Made by a program: the position numbers and the translations under genes
The notes under the pieces: generated by a model
Seen by the model: only the letters and a program-made list of their open reading frames with translations
Databases searched by the model: none
Told to the model about the DNA's origin: nothing
DNA from: an uncultured Gemmatimonadaceae bacterium
Lineage (GTDB): Bacteria; Gemmatimonadota; Gemmatimonadetes; Gemmatimonadales; Gemmatimonadaceae
Length of the DNA stretch: 64,000 nucleotides
Direction: 5' to 3'
Assembly (NCBI GenBank): GCA_963751275.1
Contig: CAVVTZ010000007.1
Span: 576,001 to 640,000, forward strand
In this document: piece by piece, positions 1-10,141 of the stretch
How the letters are laid out: each line of letters opens with the position of its first letter
Numbering within the stretch: the stretch's first letter is position 1

Positions 1-241
1 CGTGCGCGCCGGGGCACATGCGTGGGCGCCCATGCCCTGAGTTGCGCCCTTTGACCTTGCTTGCTCTCACGAAACGAGATACCCGCCTGACATCACGCGT
101 TACTTTAGCCCGCCCTGCTCGTGTGATTAGCGATAAGGCCTTGGCACCGGTCGGTCGAAGTTCGGTGCCGGCTCGTATTCGTGTTCGTCGGCGCGCGCAT
201 CAACGCGTGCGTTTTCGCTTCCACCAACCTCGGCCTCTCAC

Positions 242-1288
242 ATGGCGCTCTTCGGCAAGAAGAAGACGACGATCGGCCTCGACATCGGATCGGGTCTCAT
301 CAAGGTCGCAGTCGTGGATCACAGCCGCTCCGAGCCCGAGCTCGTGAAGGTCGCGATCGCGCCGCTGCTCGCCGACGCGATCGTCGAGGGCGAAGTGATG
401 GATCCCGGCATCGTCGCCGATGCGATCCGCACCGCGCTCGCCGGCACGGGCACGAAATCGAAGTCCGTCGTCACCGCCGTCGGCGGCCGCGACGTGATCA
501 TCAAGAAGATCCAGATCGACCGGGTGAAGGAGCAGCAGGCGCGCGAGCTGATCCGCTGGGAAGCGGAGCAGCACGTCCCGTTCGACATGGAATCGGTCGA
601 GCTCGATTTCCAGATCCTCGATCCCGACGCCGATGGCCTCGAGATGAGCGTGCTGCTCGTGGCCGCCAAGCGCGAGCTGATCGAAGGCAAGCTCCGGCTG
701 CTCGTGGATGCCGAGGTCCAGCCGGCGATCGTGGACGTCGACGCTTTCGCACTGCACAACGCGTTCGAGGTGAACTACCCCGAGGCGATGAGCGGCGTGG
801 TCGCTCTCGTGAACATCGGGCACGAAGTCACGAACATCAACATCCTCGACGACGGCGTGCCGCTGCTCACCCGCGACATGACGGTGGGCACGCGCCGCTT
901 CCGCGAGGATCTGCAGCGCGAGCGCGGGCTGAGCGCGGAGGAGGCCGATGGCGCTGCTGCAGGGCTTCGAGCGCTCGCCGCACCTGCACGTCGATGATCG
1001 ACACGCGCGGCGAGGAGCTCGCCGTCGGCATCGAGCGCGCGGCCGCGTTCCTCGCGTCGTTCGTCGCGCTCGGCGGCCAAGCTGAAGCGCGGCGTACACC
1101 TGCGGCGGCGGCGCCCGCATGCCCGGTCTCACCGAGGCGCTCGCGGCCCGTCTTCGCATTCCGGTGACCAGGCCAACCCGTTGCAGCGCTTGCGAGTGCG
1201 TGACGGCGCTCTCGAGTCGCTCGTCACGGACGAAGTCGCTCCGCTGCTGATGCTGCCCATCGGACTGGCGCTCCGCCAGGTCGCCTGA
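242..1288 (+). CDS. pilM: Type IV pilus assembly protein PilM (frameshifted after ~950, probably sequencing error)
   Basis: IGLDIGSGLIKVA actin-like motif; EAEQHVPF; NIGHEVTNI; C-terminus LMLPIGLALRQVA* in another frame; first gene of a pilMNOPQ array. Confidence 0.93.
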
Positions 1289-1309
1289 CCCAACTGACAA
1301 GGTCGCGAC

Positions 1310-2044
1310 ATGATTGAGATCAACCTGCTTCCTGGCACCACCAGCAAGGCGCGTGGCCGCAGCGGACCCGGTGTCGATTTCGCCGGCGCCGCCGCGGGCA
1401 TCGTCAACCGCGTCAAGGACCCGTATCTCATCGGGGCCATGGCGAGCGTCGTCGTCTCGCTCGCGGTGATCGTCGGCGCGATGTGGTGGCAGCGCGGCCA
1501 AGAGGCCGACCTCGACCGCCAGCTCCAGGGCGCGGTCAGCGACTCCACGCGCTTCACCGGCGTCATCCGCGAGAAGCGGCACGCCGAGGCCGAGCGCGAT
1601 TCCGTCGTGCGGCAGGTCGATCTCATCAAGAGCTTCGACAACAAGCGCTTCGTCTGGCCGCACATCATGGACGAGATCAGCCGCGCGCTGCCGCCGTACA
1701 CGTGGATCACGCAGATCCAGCAGACGAACTCGAGCACGATCACCGCGGCCACCCCGGCGCCCGCCGCCGCGAAGCCCGGCCCGCCGCGCCTGCCCGAGGT
1801 GGACAGCAGCAGCGTGCCGCGCGTCCGCCTCCGCATCATCGGGAACACCGTCGATATCCAGGCGCTCACGCGCTTCATGAAACTCCTCGAGGCGTCCCCC
1901 TTCCTCGAGAACGTCCAGCTCGACAAGTCGTCGATCATCCTGATCGATGGCAAGGAAGTCACCGAGTTCACGCTCACGGCGTTCTACCAGAACCCCGACC
2001 CCTCGGCGATCAAGACGGTTCCCGTTTCCCTGGCGGTGAGGTAG
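1310..2044 (+). CDS. pilN: Type IV pilus assembly protein PilN
   Basis: N-terminal MIEINLLP motif, one TM helix, coiled coil, ferredoxin-like C-terminal domain. Confidence 0.92.
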   Translation: MIEINLLPGTTSKARGRSGPGVDFAGAAAGIVNRVKDPYLIGAMASVVVSLAVIVGAMWWQRGQEADLDRQLQGAVSDSTRFTGVIREKRHAEAERDSVVRQVDLIKSFDNKRFVWPHIMDEISRALPPYTWITQIQQTNSSTITAATPAPAAAKPGPPRLPEVDSSSVPRVRLRIIGNTVDIQALTRFMKLLEASPFLENVQLDKSSIILIDGKEVTEFTLTAFYQNPDPSAIKTVPVSLAVR

Positions 2045-2046
2045 CC

Positions 2047-2679
2047 ATGGCCGGTCTCCCGAAGGGACAGCGCGAACAGGTCATGCTCCTGCTCGGCGTC
2101 ATCGCGATCGCCGCCATCGGCATCGATTGGTACTACGTGTACCGGCCGAAGGCGGACAAGATCGAGGCGAAGCGCGAGCAGCTCGACCGCTTGATCGAGA
2201 TCAACCAGAAGGCGAAGTCGGAGATGACCAAGGGCAGCCTCGACCAGCTCCGCCGGCAGCTCGCCGAGTACCAGCAGAATCTCGTGCTCATCCGCACGCT
2301 CGTGCCGGTGGGGAACGAGGTGCCGTCGCTGCTCGAGCAGGTGTCCACCGCGGCGCGCCGCGCCGGCCTCGACGTGTCGGCGGTCGATCCGCAGGCGGTC
2401 ATCGAGGGCGAGAACTACGACACCTACCGCTACAAGATGACGGTGGTGGGCGGCTACAACGCGCTGGGCGAGTTCTTCGCCAACGTGGGCAACCTGACGC
2501 GCATCATCCTGCCCGTGAATATGTCGCTTGCGGCGCCGTCGAACCCGCAGCTCTCCAAGGCGACGAAGAAGACCACGGACGACGCAGTGGTCGAAGCCCG
2601 CTTCGAGCTGCAGACGTTCGTCGCCAAGCCGCAGAACATGGATCAACCGGGTCCCAAGAAGAGCGGAGCCAAGAAATGA
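2047..2679 (+). CDS. pilO: Type IV pilus assembly protein PilO
   Basis: TM helix, coiled coil, LVPVGNEVPSLL and GGYNALGEFFANVGNLTRII PilO-like motifs. Confidence 0.9.
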   Translation: MAGLPKGQREQVMLLLGVIAIAAIGIDWYYVYRPKADKIEAKREQLDRLIEINQKAKSEMTKGSLDQLRRQLAEYQQNLVLIRTLVPVGNEVPSLLEQVSTAARRAGLDVSAVDPQAVIEGENYDTYRYKMTVVGGYNALGEFFANVGNLTRIILPVNMSLAAPSNPQLSKATKKTTDDAVVEARFELQTFVAKPQNMDQPGPKKSGAKK

Positions 2680-3458
2680 GCGCACGCATCCGAATTGTCG
2701 CGCTCGCGGCTTCCGCCGCGATCTCGGCCGCCGGCCTGAACGCCGCCGCGCAGTCGATGCCGAACATCACGGCGCCGAAGACCGCGGCTACGAACGCGGC
2801 CGCGGCGACCAACGCGCACATCCAGGCGGAGCAGAACACGGGCGCCCCGCCGCCGCAGTCGGCGGCGAAGCCCACCGCCACTCCATATACGAAGCCAACG
2901 GCCCCGCCGCCGGCTCCCAAACCGTCCGCCGCGCCCCAACAGTCGGCGGCCAAGCCGGCTGTCGGCGTGCAGAATCCGGGCAAGCCGCCAGCGGCTCCGC
3001 CCGTCGCCGCCAAGCCGGCGCCCGCGTCGGCCGCTCAGACGAAGGGCGGCAAGGCCGCACCCGCCGCCGCCCCCGCCGCCGCCGCGCCCGACCAGTCGAG
3101 CTCGGTCTCGGAACGCGGCGGCAAATCGGAGATCTCGCTCCTCCGCGAGACCTTCACCTACCAGTCCGACAACCGGCGGGATCCATTCCTCTCGCTGATG
3201 CGCACGGGCGACCTCCGGCCAATGGTCTCCGACCTCCGCCTCGTCGCCGTGATTTACGACCCCCAGGGCCGGAGCGTCGCTATCCTGCGCGACCTCCAGA
3301 CCAAGGAGCAGTACCGCGTGAAGGTCGGGCAGACGCTCGGCCGCATGCGCGTGAACCAGATCCGTCCACAGCAAGTGATCTTCACGATCGAAGAGATCGG
3401 AATGACCCGACAGGAAGCGCTTGGGATGAACGCAACGACGACCACGAGGGCGCAATGA
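2676..3458 (+). CDS. pilP: PilP-like protein with long Pro/Ala-rich linker
   Basis: FTYQSDNRRDPF motif and C-terminal beta domain (YRVKVGQTLG); lies between pilO and pilQ with ATGA overlaps. Confidence 0.75.
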   Translation: MSARIRIVALAASAAISAAGLNAAAQSMPNITAPKTAATNAAAATNAHIQAEQNTGAPPPQSAAKPTATPYTKPTAPPPAPKPSAAPQQSAAKPAVGVQNPGKPPAAPPVAAKPAPASAAQTKGGKAAPAAAPAAAAPDQSSSVSERGGKSEISLLRETFTYQSDNRRDPFLSLMRTGDLRPMVSDLRLVAVIYDPQGRSVAILRDLQTKEQYRVKVGQTLGRMRVNQIRPQQVIFTIEEIGMTRQEALGMNATTTTRAQ

Positions 3459-5413
3459 GCCGCATCTGGACGCTGGTAGGGATCGCCGTGGTGACGCTGG
3501 GCTTCAAAATGCCCGCTCCCATCGACGCAACGACTGATGCAGCCAAGGGCGGCGAGGTCCGCGCTCTCAGCATCGTTCCCGCTTCGGGTCGCGCCGAAGT
3601 GGTCATCGCCGTGGACGGCTCCGTCGACGTCTCGGATTTTGCGCTCGCCTCACCGGCCCGCATCATCCTCGACCTCAAGGGCGCCACGTTCACCGGCTCC
3701 TCGCGCCTCTACGACAAGATCCCGCGCGGCGGCATCACGAACGTCCGCATCGCGCAGTACCGCGACGACGTCGTACGCGTGGTGATCGAGCTCGATGGCG
3801 ATCACAAGTACACCGTGAAGCGCGACGCCGACGATGTGCGCCTCACCATCGATGGCGTCTCGGCCGGCAGCTTCGGCGCGTGGGCCACCACGCCGTCGAT
3901 CGCCGCGGCCCCCGCGGCCGACTACGCCGCCGGTGGCAGCGACCGCATCCTCCGCGGGCACGCGAACGTGAAGGCCGCCCGCCAGACCGCCTTCGTCTCG
4001 AGCTCCTCCCAGCCGCGCATCACCGTCACCTACGTCGATGCCGACATCCGTGACGTCATCGCCGCCTTCGCCCTCTTCTCCGGCCGCACGATCGTCGTCG
4101 GCAAGGGCGTGACCGGAACGGTCACCGCCGAAGTGCGCGACCAGCCGTGGGACGTCGCCCTCCGCGCCATCCTGCAGTCGCAGGGCCTGGCCGCGAAGGA
4201 GGACGCCGACGGCATCATCACGGTCGACTCCTTCGACAATCTCGGCAAGCAGCAGGCGTCCGAGCCGCTCACCACGCAGATGATCTCGCTCAACTATGCG
4301 CGCGCGGCCTCGCTCGTCCCTTCGGTGAAGGGCCTCCTCTCCAAGGAGTGCGCGGGCCTCGGCTACGGCGGCGCCAACGCCGGCACCGTGCAGAACAGCC
4401 CGGGCTATGGCAATTCCGGCTGCACCTCGCGCGGCGACGTCTCCTTCGATTCGGCCTCCAACCGGCTGATCGTGACCGACGTCGGCTCGCGCCTGCTCGA
4501 CATGATCAACTACATCCGCGACCTCGACATCCGTACGCCGCAGGTCGCGATCAAGGCCAAGATCATCGAGGTCGACCGCACGAGCATTCAGGACATCGGC
4601 GTCTCGTACGACCTCGGAACGGCCAACACGTTCTTCAACAAGCTCGTGCAGCGCCCCGATCCGACCACCTTCCAGCCGGTGGACTCGAACGGCGACGGCG
4701 TACCCGACGGCGTCTCGGCCAAGGGCTACCCGACCAACCAGACGGTCGTGGACATCGGCGGCAATTCGCTCGCCATGATCACCAACGCCAACCAGCGCGT
4801 GGTGAATCCGGCGCTGCAGCTGCTCTTCACCACCACGATCGGCAAGTTCAACCTCACGACCTTCATCGACGCACTCCAGGAAACGCGGCTCGCCGACGTC
4901 CAGGCGGAGCCGAGCGTCGTGACGCTCGACAACAAGAAGGCCGAGATCATGTCCGGCCAGGAGATCCCGATCCGTATCGTCGACGTCGGATCGCTGACGA
5001 CCGGCGGTGCGGTCGCGACGGCGCCGCGTTCGACGGTCGCGTACAAGGAGACCGGTATCATCCTCACGGTCACGCCGCACATCACGAACAACCGCCAGGT
5101 GCTGCTGACCGTGCACGCCGAGCGTTCCACCGTGACGCCGGCGTCGGCCGACCTCGGCTACGTGATCGACAAACAGCGCGCCGACAACGAAGTGCTCGTC
5201 GGCGATGGCGAGACCGCGGTCATCGGCGGCCTCACCGATTCGCACGTCCTGCAGGACAAGACCGGCATCCCGATCCTCGTCGACCTGCCGTTCATCGGCA
5301 AGCTCTTCGGCGAGACGCGCACGGAAGAGACGAAGAACGACCTGATCATCCTGATCACGCCGCACATCGTGGATGAAGGCGAGGCGCTTGGCCCGCCGAG
5401 CTCCAACCCGTAA
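3455..5413 (+). CDS. pilQ: Type IV pilus secretin PilQ (AMIN + N domains + secretin)
   Basis: AMIN-like (PARIILDL, VVRVVIEL), PQVAIKAKIIE, GIILTVTPHIT, GETAVIGGL, IPILVDLPFIGKLF, LIILITPHIV. Confidence 0.95.
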   Translation: MSRIWTLVGIAVVTLGFKMPAPIDATTDAAKGGEVRALSIVPASGRAEVVIAVDGSVDVSDFALASPARIILDLKGATFTGSSRLYDKIPRGGITNVRIAQYRDDVVRVVIELDGDHKYTVKRDADDVRLTIDGVSAGSFGAWATTPSIAAAPAADYAAGGSDRILRGHANVKAARQTAFVSSSSQPRITVTYVDADIRDVIAAFALFSGRTIVVGKGVTGTVTAEVRDQPWDVALRAILQSQGLAAKEDADGIITVDSFDNLGKQQASEPLTTQMISLNYARAASLVPSVKGLLSKECAGLGYGGANAGTVQNSPGYGNSGCTSRGDVSFDSASNRLIVTDVGSRLLDMINYIRDLDIRTPQVAIKAKIIEVDRTSIQDIGVSYDLGTANTFFNKLVQRPDPTTFQPVDSNGDGVPDGVSAKGYPTNQTVVDIGGNSLAMITNANQRVVNPALQLLFTTTIGKFNLTTFIDALQETRLADVQAEPSVVTLDNKKAEIMSGQEIPIRIVDVGSLTTGGAVATAPRSTVAYKETGIILTVTPHITNNRQVLLTVHAERSTVTPASADLGYVIDKQRADNEVLVGDGETAVIGGLTDSHVLQDKTGIPILVDLPFIGKLFGETRTEETKNDLIILITPHIVDEGEALGPPSSNP

Positions 5414-5442
5414 GCCAGCCGCCCCCCCCGGTGAGACTTCCT

Positions 5443-7929
5443 ATGATGCTGTCCATGGACACGCGCACCCTCGCTTCCGGCCGCCCTCGCGCCGCCCGCC
5501 TCGCGGCGGCGGTCGCGCTCGCGATCACGCTCGCGAGCTGCGTCTCGAGCGATGCCACGAACGGGCTGAGCGACAAGAACCCGCCCACGGTGAGTCTCTC
5601 GCCGGGCGCGGTCACCGACTCGTCGATGGCCTTCACGATCTCGGCCACCGACAACCTCGGCCTCCTCCACGTGGACGCCGTCGCCGGCTCCGCCGCGGGC
5701 GGACTCGCGGCCGTGTGCGACACGACGTTCAACACCGCCGTCACCACCTTCTCGCGGATCTGCACGATCGCGGTGCCGGCGACGGTCCCGATCGGCACGC
5801 AAGTCACGATCCTCGGCCAGTCGGTGGACGGTGCGCACAACATCTCGGTCGTGGACACGCTGCTCATGGTCACCGGCGGCGGCAGCCCGTCCGTCGTGCG
5901 GTTCACGGCGCCGAAGATTGGTGACAGCGCGGTGGTCGGTTCGGCCATCGCGATGTCGATCAGCGGCAAGTCCGGCCTCAAGGTGAAGACCCTGGGCTGG
6001 ATCGTGCAGCAGGCGAGCGGCACGTTCAATCCCGCGAAGCGCGATTCCGTGATCTTCAACAGCCCGCTCAAGGATTCCACGGGCGTCGATTCGTCGATCA
6101 GCTTCGTCGGCGCCGTCGCGGGCCCCGCGACCGCCACGCCGTTCATGTATGATTCGATCGGCACGCTCTATCTCGGGCCCCCGGTAACGCTGACCGTGCT
6201 CACGACGGGCGGCACGGGTACGATCCCGGTGGTCGACTTCGGCATCACCAAGCGCATCGAGACCACCGACACGATCCACGTCACCGCGAAGGATCTCGCC
6301 GGTGTCCAGTGGATGGGCTACAAGATCACCACCATGCCGCCGGCGAATGCGCTCGTCGCGTCGGAATCGGTGTTCGTCGCCGGCAGCGTCACCTCGGCGA
6401 TCCATACGTTCAATCTGGCGCTCCCGGTCACGGTCTTCCCGACCTCGGTGCGGGTGATGGCGTTCGCCACGAACGCCAACGGGCGGCAGGACTCGGCGCG
6501 CGTTCCGGTGGGGACCACCGGGTTCGTACGCTTCGACACCGTCACGGTCGTGGCCGGCCTCACGCGGCCGCTGCCGAACGGCGGTCTGATCGCCGACGGA
6601 CTCTATCATCCGCCCACGAACCGGATCTATCTCACGAACATCCAGCGCAATGAGCTTGACGTCTTCGACCTCGGCGACTCGACCTTCCACCCGGCCATCC
6701 CGGTCGGCTTCCAGCCGTGGGGCATCACGGCCTGGCCGCTGGATCATGGCGCGGGCGGCAACCCGGGCACCATGTCGGACACGCTGCTCGTCGCGCTCTC
6801 CGGCGCCACGCACATCAGCTACGTGGACGTCAATGCCGGCGCCGAGTTCCGGCGCTACGCGCTGCCGAACATCGTCGCGTACAAAGTGACCTCGACGCTC
6901 AACGCCAACGGCCAGATCGTCGAGACCCGCACGGTCTACGACTTCAGCGACCGGCCCCAGTACGTCGCGGCGACGTGCAAGGGCCTCGGCCTCTGCGGCG
7001 ATGTTCTGCTGGCGTACTCCACGACGCCGACCCCCGGGCAGACTCTCCCCTTCCCGAACCAGGGAACCATTCGTTGGGAGGATCTGAGCAACCAGACCTC
7101 GCACTTCTTCTTCGAACAGTCGATCGGTCAGCTCGGCAATGGCTCCATCGACACGCTCGAGATCGAGCGGTTCCCCTCGTCCGGCTACGGCTCTCACGTG
7201 TTCCTCGTGCCGTTCCGCCAGGGTCCGTTCATCACGGGCCCCGATACGTCCTACTTCTCGATCCAATTCCGGGTGAACGAGCTTGGTTTCCGCGACACGA
7301 CCTTTACGCGCAACTCGGGCAACTTCGCGCACGCCGTGTTCGGTGAGGGCGGACAGATCGGCGGCGGCGGGAACCTCACGAATGCGCGCGCGCTCACGTA
7401 CGATGTCAATCCGGGGCTGATCCCGACCTTCACGGACAAGGGACACACCTACGCGCTCCCCGTACCGGTGATCGACGCCGGGATCTCGGCGCCGACGGAC
7501 GTCCTCGACTTCATCGCCAACACCTCCACCAGGGTGACGGGCGTCGCAGCCAACCTCGATGGTCTCACCAACGCGATCCGAGCCGACTCGACCTACATGG
7601 TCAATGCCACGCTCCGCCTCACCGGTATGCTGCAGACCTCCGGCGGCAATGATGGTATCGACTTCCATCCCAAGAACTTCGGCGAGCCGCGCCCCGGCGC
7701 GACCGGCGGCACCCAGATGATGTTCTCAGCGTCCACGCAGCCGCAGATCGAGGTGTACAATACGAACAACGGCCAGCGCTGCATGCTCGTGCCCACGCGC
7801 GATCCGGTGATCGGCCCGATCAAGTCGGCGCTCCTCGCCGGCGGCAACACGGTGGTCGTGGGTGCCACGCAGTTCGGTGTCGTGATCATCACGATCCCGC
7901 AGGCGCAGATGGCGGCGGCCTGCCCGTAA
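5443..7929 (+). CDS. Large predicted lipoprotein (Ig-like N-terminal domains + beta-propeller-like C-terminus), function unknown
   Basis: Lipobox LASC after a hydrophobic stretch; Thr/Val-rich beta strands; YVTN-like AIPVGFQPWGI; start could be 5431, 5443 or 5455. Confidence 0.75.
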   Translation: MMLSMDTRTLASGRPRAARLAAAVALAITLASCVSSDATNGLSDKNPPTVSLSPGAVTDSSMAFTISATDNLGLLHVDAVAGSAAGGLAAVCDTTFNTAVTTFSRICTIAVPATVPIGTQVTILGQSVDGAHNISVVDTLLMVTGGGSPSVVRFTAPKIGDSAVVGSAIAMSISGKSGLKVKTLGWIVQQASGTFNPAKRDSVIFNSPLKDSTGVDSSISFVGAVAGPATATPFMYDSIGTLYLGPPVTLTVLTTGGTGTIPVVDFGITKRIETTDTIHVTAKDLAGVQWMGYKITTMPPANALVASESVFVAGSVTSAIHTFNLALPVTVFPTSVRVMAFATNANGRQDSARVPVGTTGFVRFDTVTVVAGLTRPLPNGGLIADGLYHPPTNRIYLTNIQRNELDVFDLGDSTFHPAIPVGFQPWGITAWPLDHGAGGNPGTMSDTLLVALSGATHISYVDVNAGAEFRRYALPNIVAYKVTSTLNANGQIVETRTVYDFSDRPQYVAATCKGLGLCGDVLLAYSTTPTPGQTLPFPNQGTIRWEDLSNQTSHFFFEQSIGQLGNGSIDTLEIERFPSSGYGSHVFLVPFRQGPFITGPDTSYFSIQFRVNELGFRDTTFTRNSGNFAHAVFGEGGQIGGGGNLTNARALTYDVNPGLIPTFTDKGHTYALPVPVIDAGISAPTDVLDFIANTSTRVTGVAANLDGLTNAIRADSTYMVNATLRLTGMLQTSGGNDGIDFHPKNFGEPRPGATGGTQMMFSASTQPQIEVYNTNNGQRCMLVPTRDPVIGPIKSALLAGGNTVVVGATQFGVVIITIPQAQMAAACP

Positions 7930-7953
7930 ACACTCGCTCCTGTTAGAAACGGG

Positions 7954-7994
7954 ACCCGCCCGGCGCACCGTTCGCGCCGGGCGGGTTTCGTTTT
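7954..7994 (+). terminator. Rho-independent terminator closing the pil operon
   Basis: 13-bp stem ACCCGCCCGGCGC/GCGCCGGGCGGGT followed by TTCGTTTT. Confidence 0.75.
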
Positions 7995-8019
7995 CCCCTC
8001 CCGCGCGTAGCTTAACCGC

Positions 8020-9218
8020 ATGCTCCGATTCACCACCGCCGGCGAGTCGCACGGCCCCGCGCTGCTCGCGATCCTCGAGGGGATGCCCGCGGGCCTCCCC
8101 CTGCTCGCCGCCGACGTGGACGCCGATCTGGAGCGCCGCCAGCAGGGCTACGGCCGCGGCCGCCGCATGCAGATCGAGCGCGACACGGTGGAGTTCCTCG
8201 CGGGCGTGCGCGCCGGCTTCACGCTCGGCACGCCCATCGCGATGCGCATCGCGAACCTCGACTGGAAGAACTGGCAGGAGATCATGGACCCGGCCCCGCG
8301 CGAGGGGGATCCCGCGCCGCGCAAACGCGCCGTCACGCGCGCACGCCCTGGCCACATCGATCTCAGCGGGATGCTCAAGTACGACCGCACCGACGGCCGC
8401 GATCTGCTCGAGCGCGCCTCCGCGCGCGAGACCGCCTCGCGCACCGCCGCCGGCGCCGTCTGCCGCCGATTCCTGCGCGAGTTCGGCATTTCCGTCGCCA
8501 GCCACGTCGTGCACCTGGGCGGCATCGACGCGCGCCGCCCCGATCCGCTCCCGGCCGATCTCAACGCCGCCGCCGACAAGTCGCCCCTCCGCACGCTCGA
8601 CGCCGACGCCGAGCGCGCGATGACCGCCGCCATCGACGCCGCGAAGAAAGAAGGCAACACGCTCGGCGGCATGTCGAGGTGATCTGCGACGGCGCGCCGG
8701 TCGGCCTCGGTTCGCACGTGAGCTGGGATACAAAGCTCGACGCCCGCCTCGCCGCCGCGATCATGTCGATCCCCGCGGTGAAGGGCGTCGAGATCGGCCC
8801 CGGATTCGAGAACGCGCGCCGCACCGGCGCCGAGGTGCACGACGAGATCTCGCTCGCGCCCGGCCGCGCGCGCACCGGCAACGTGCAGCGCCGCACCAAC
8901 CGCGCCGGCGGCCTCGAGGCCGGCGTCACCAACGGCGAGCCGCTCGTCATCCACGCGGCCATGAAGCCGATCAGCACGCTCATGCGCCCCCTCGCCACGA
9001 TCGACCTCGCCACCGGCGAACCCGCGCAGGCGGTGGCCGAGCGCAGCGACGTGACCGCCGTGCCCGCGATGGGCGTGATCGCGGAAGCGATGACCGCATT
9101 CATCGTCGCGCAGGCGATGCTCGAGAAGTTCGGCGGCGACTCGCTCGGCGAGACGCGCCGCAATTACGATGGCTACCTCGCGCACATTGCCACTCGGATC
9201 GGACCCGCCAGGCGCTGA
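8020..9218 (+). CDS. aroC: Chorismate synthase (frameshift near 8675)
   Basis: [40 protein letters not shown] split across ORFs 8020-8682 and 8679-9218. Confidence 0.95.
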
Positions 9219-9736
9219 TCGCCACCTCGTTCTGGTCGGGCTGCCGGGCGTCGGAAAGTCCTCGGCCGCGCGGCGCGCGGCGCGCCGGCTCGGCCGAACG
9301 TTCATCGATTTCGACACCGAGATCGAATCGCGCGAACAGATGTCCATCGACCGCATCTTCGCCGAGAAGGGCGAAGCGTACTTCCGCGCCTGCGAACTCG
9401 CGCTCACGCGGGATCTCGCGCAGCGCAGCGGCCTGGTGCTCGCGCCGGGCGGCGGCTGGGTCACCACGCCCGAGGCGGTGGCGCTCCTCCGCCCGCGCTC
9501 GCTGCTCATCTGATCTGCGCATGCGGCCCGAGATCGCGCTCTCCCGCGTGCGTCGCGCGAAGCGGCAGCGCCCGTTGTTGCTCACCGCGGATCCGCTTGC
9601 GACGATGCGGCGCTTGCTCGCCGAGCGCGAGTCCGCGTACCTCTCGGCGGACCACGTTCTCGATGTGGGCGCGATGACGCCGGCGGCGCTGGTGGCCGAG
9701 ATCGTGCGCCTTGCCGGAGCCGGGCCCGCCCGCTAG
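9169..9736 (+). CDS. aroK: Shikimate kinase (frameshift near 9510)
   Basis: GLPGVGKS P-loop, GEAYFR, APGGG, RPLL motifs. Confidence 0.9.
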
Positions 9737-9902
9737 CTTGGGCGCCTACTTGACGGCCCTACTATACTATTGCACTTCACAGGCCGACGGGGCGCCGAAC
9801 AGTGCTTCGACGGGCAACGTTCCGGTTACAACGGGCAGGCTGGGGTGTCCAATCCTTCGACCGGCTCGATACCGACTTCCGACCGCCAACGGTCGAGGCT
9901 GA

Positions 9903-10139
9903 ATGACTTTCCGAGTGCTCGGTCCCCACGAACGGGGACGATTCGCCCCCGAAGCATGGGGCCACCTGATGACGCTCTCCGGCGCCGGACTCATTAGCGC
10001 CGACGAGATGGAGTCGCTCATCGAGCGCGCGCTCTCGCAGATCGAAGGCCGCATCGCGCTCGATGATCTTCGCGCGCTCATGGAAGGCGTCGGCTACATC
10101 GACGATGGCCTGGGCGGCGACAACGTGACGGTGCACTGA
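9903..10139 (+). CDS. Short Smg/DUF494-like protein
   Basis: FRVLGPHE...AWGHLMTL..GLIS..EMESLIERAL resembles the C-terminal half of Smg; directly upstream of topA as in the usual synteny. Confidence 0.65.
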   Translation: MTFRVLGPHERGRFAPEAWGHLMTLSGAGLISADEMESLIERALSQIEGRIALDDLRALMEGVGYIDDGLGGDNVTVH

Positions 10140-10141
10140 TC

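Noticed and set aside
3650..7668. Long antisense ORFs (e.g. 3650-5365, 5158-7668, and similar ones across the window)
   Set aside because: Shadow ORFs expected opposite real genes in high-GC DNA; no recognisable motifs.
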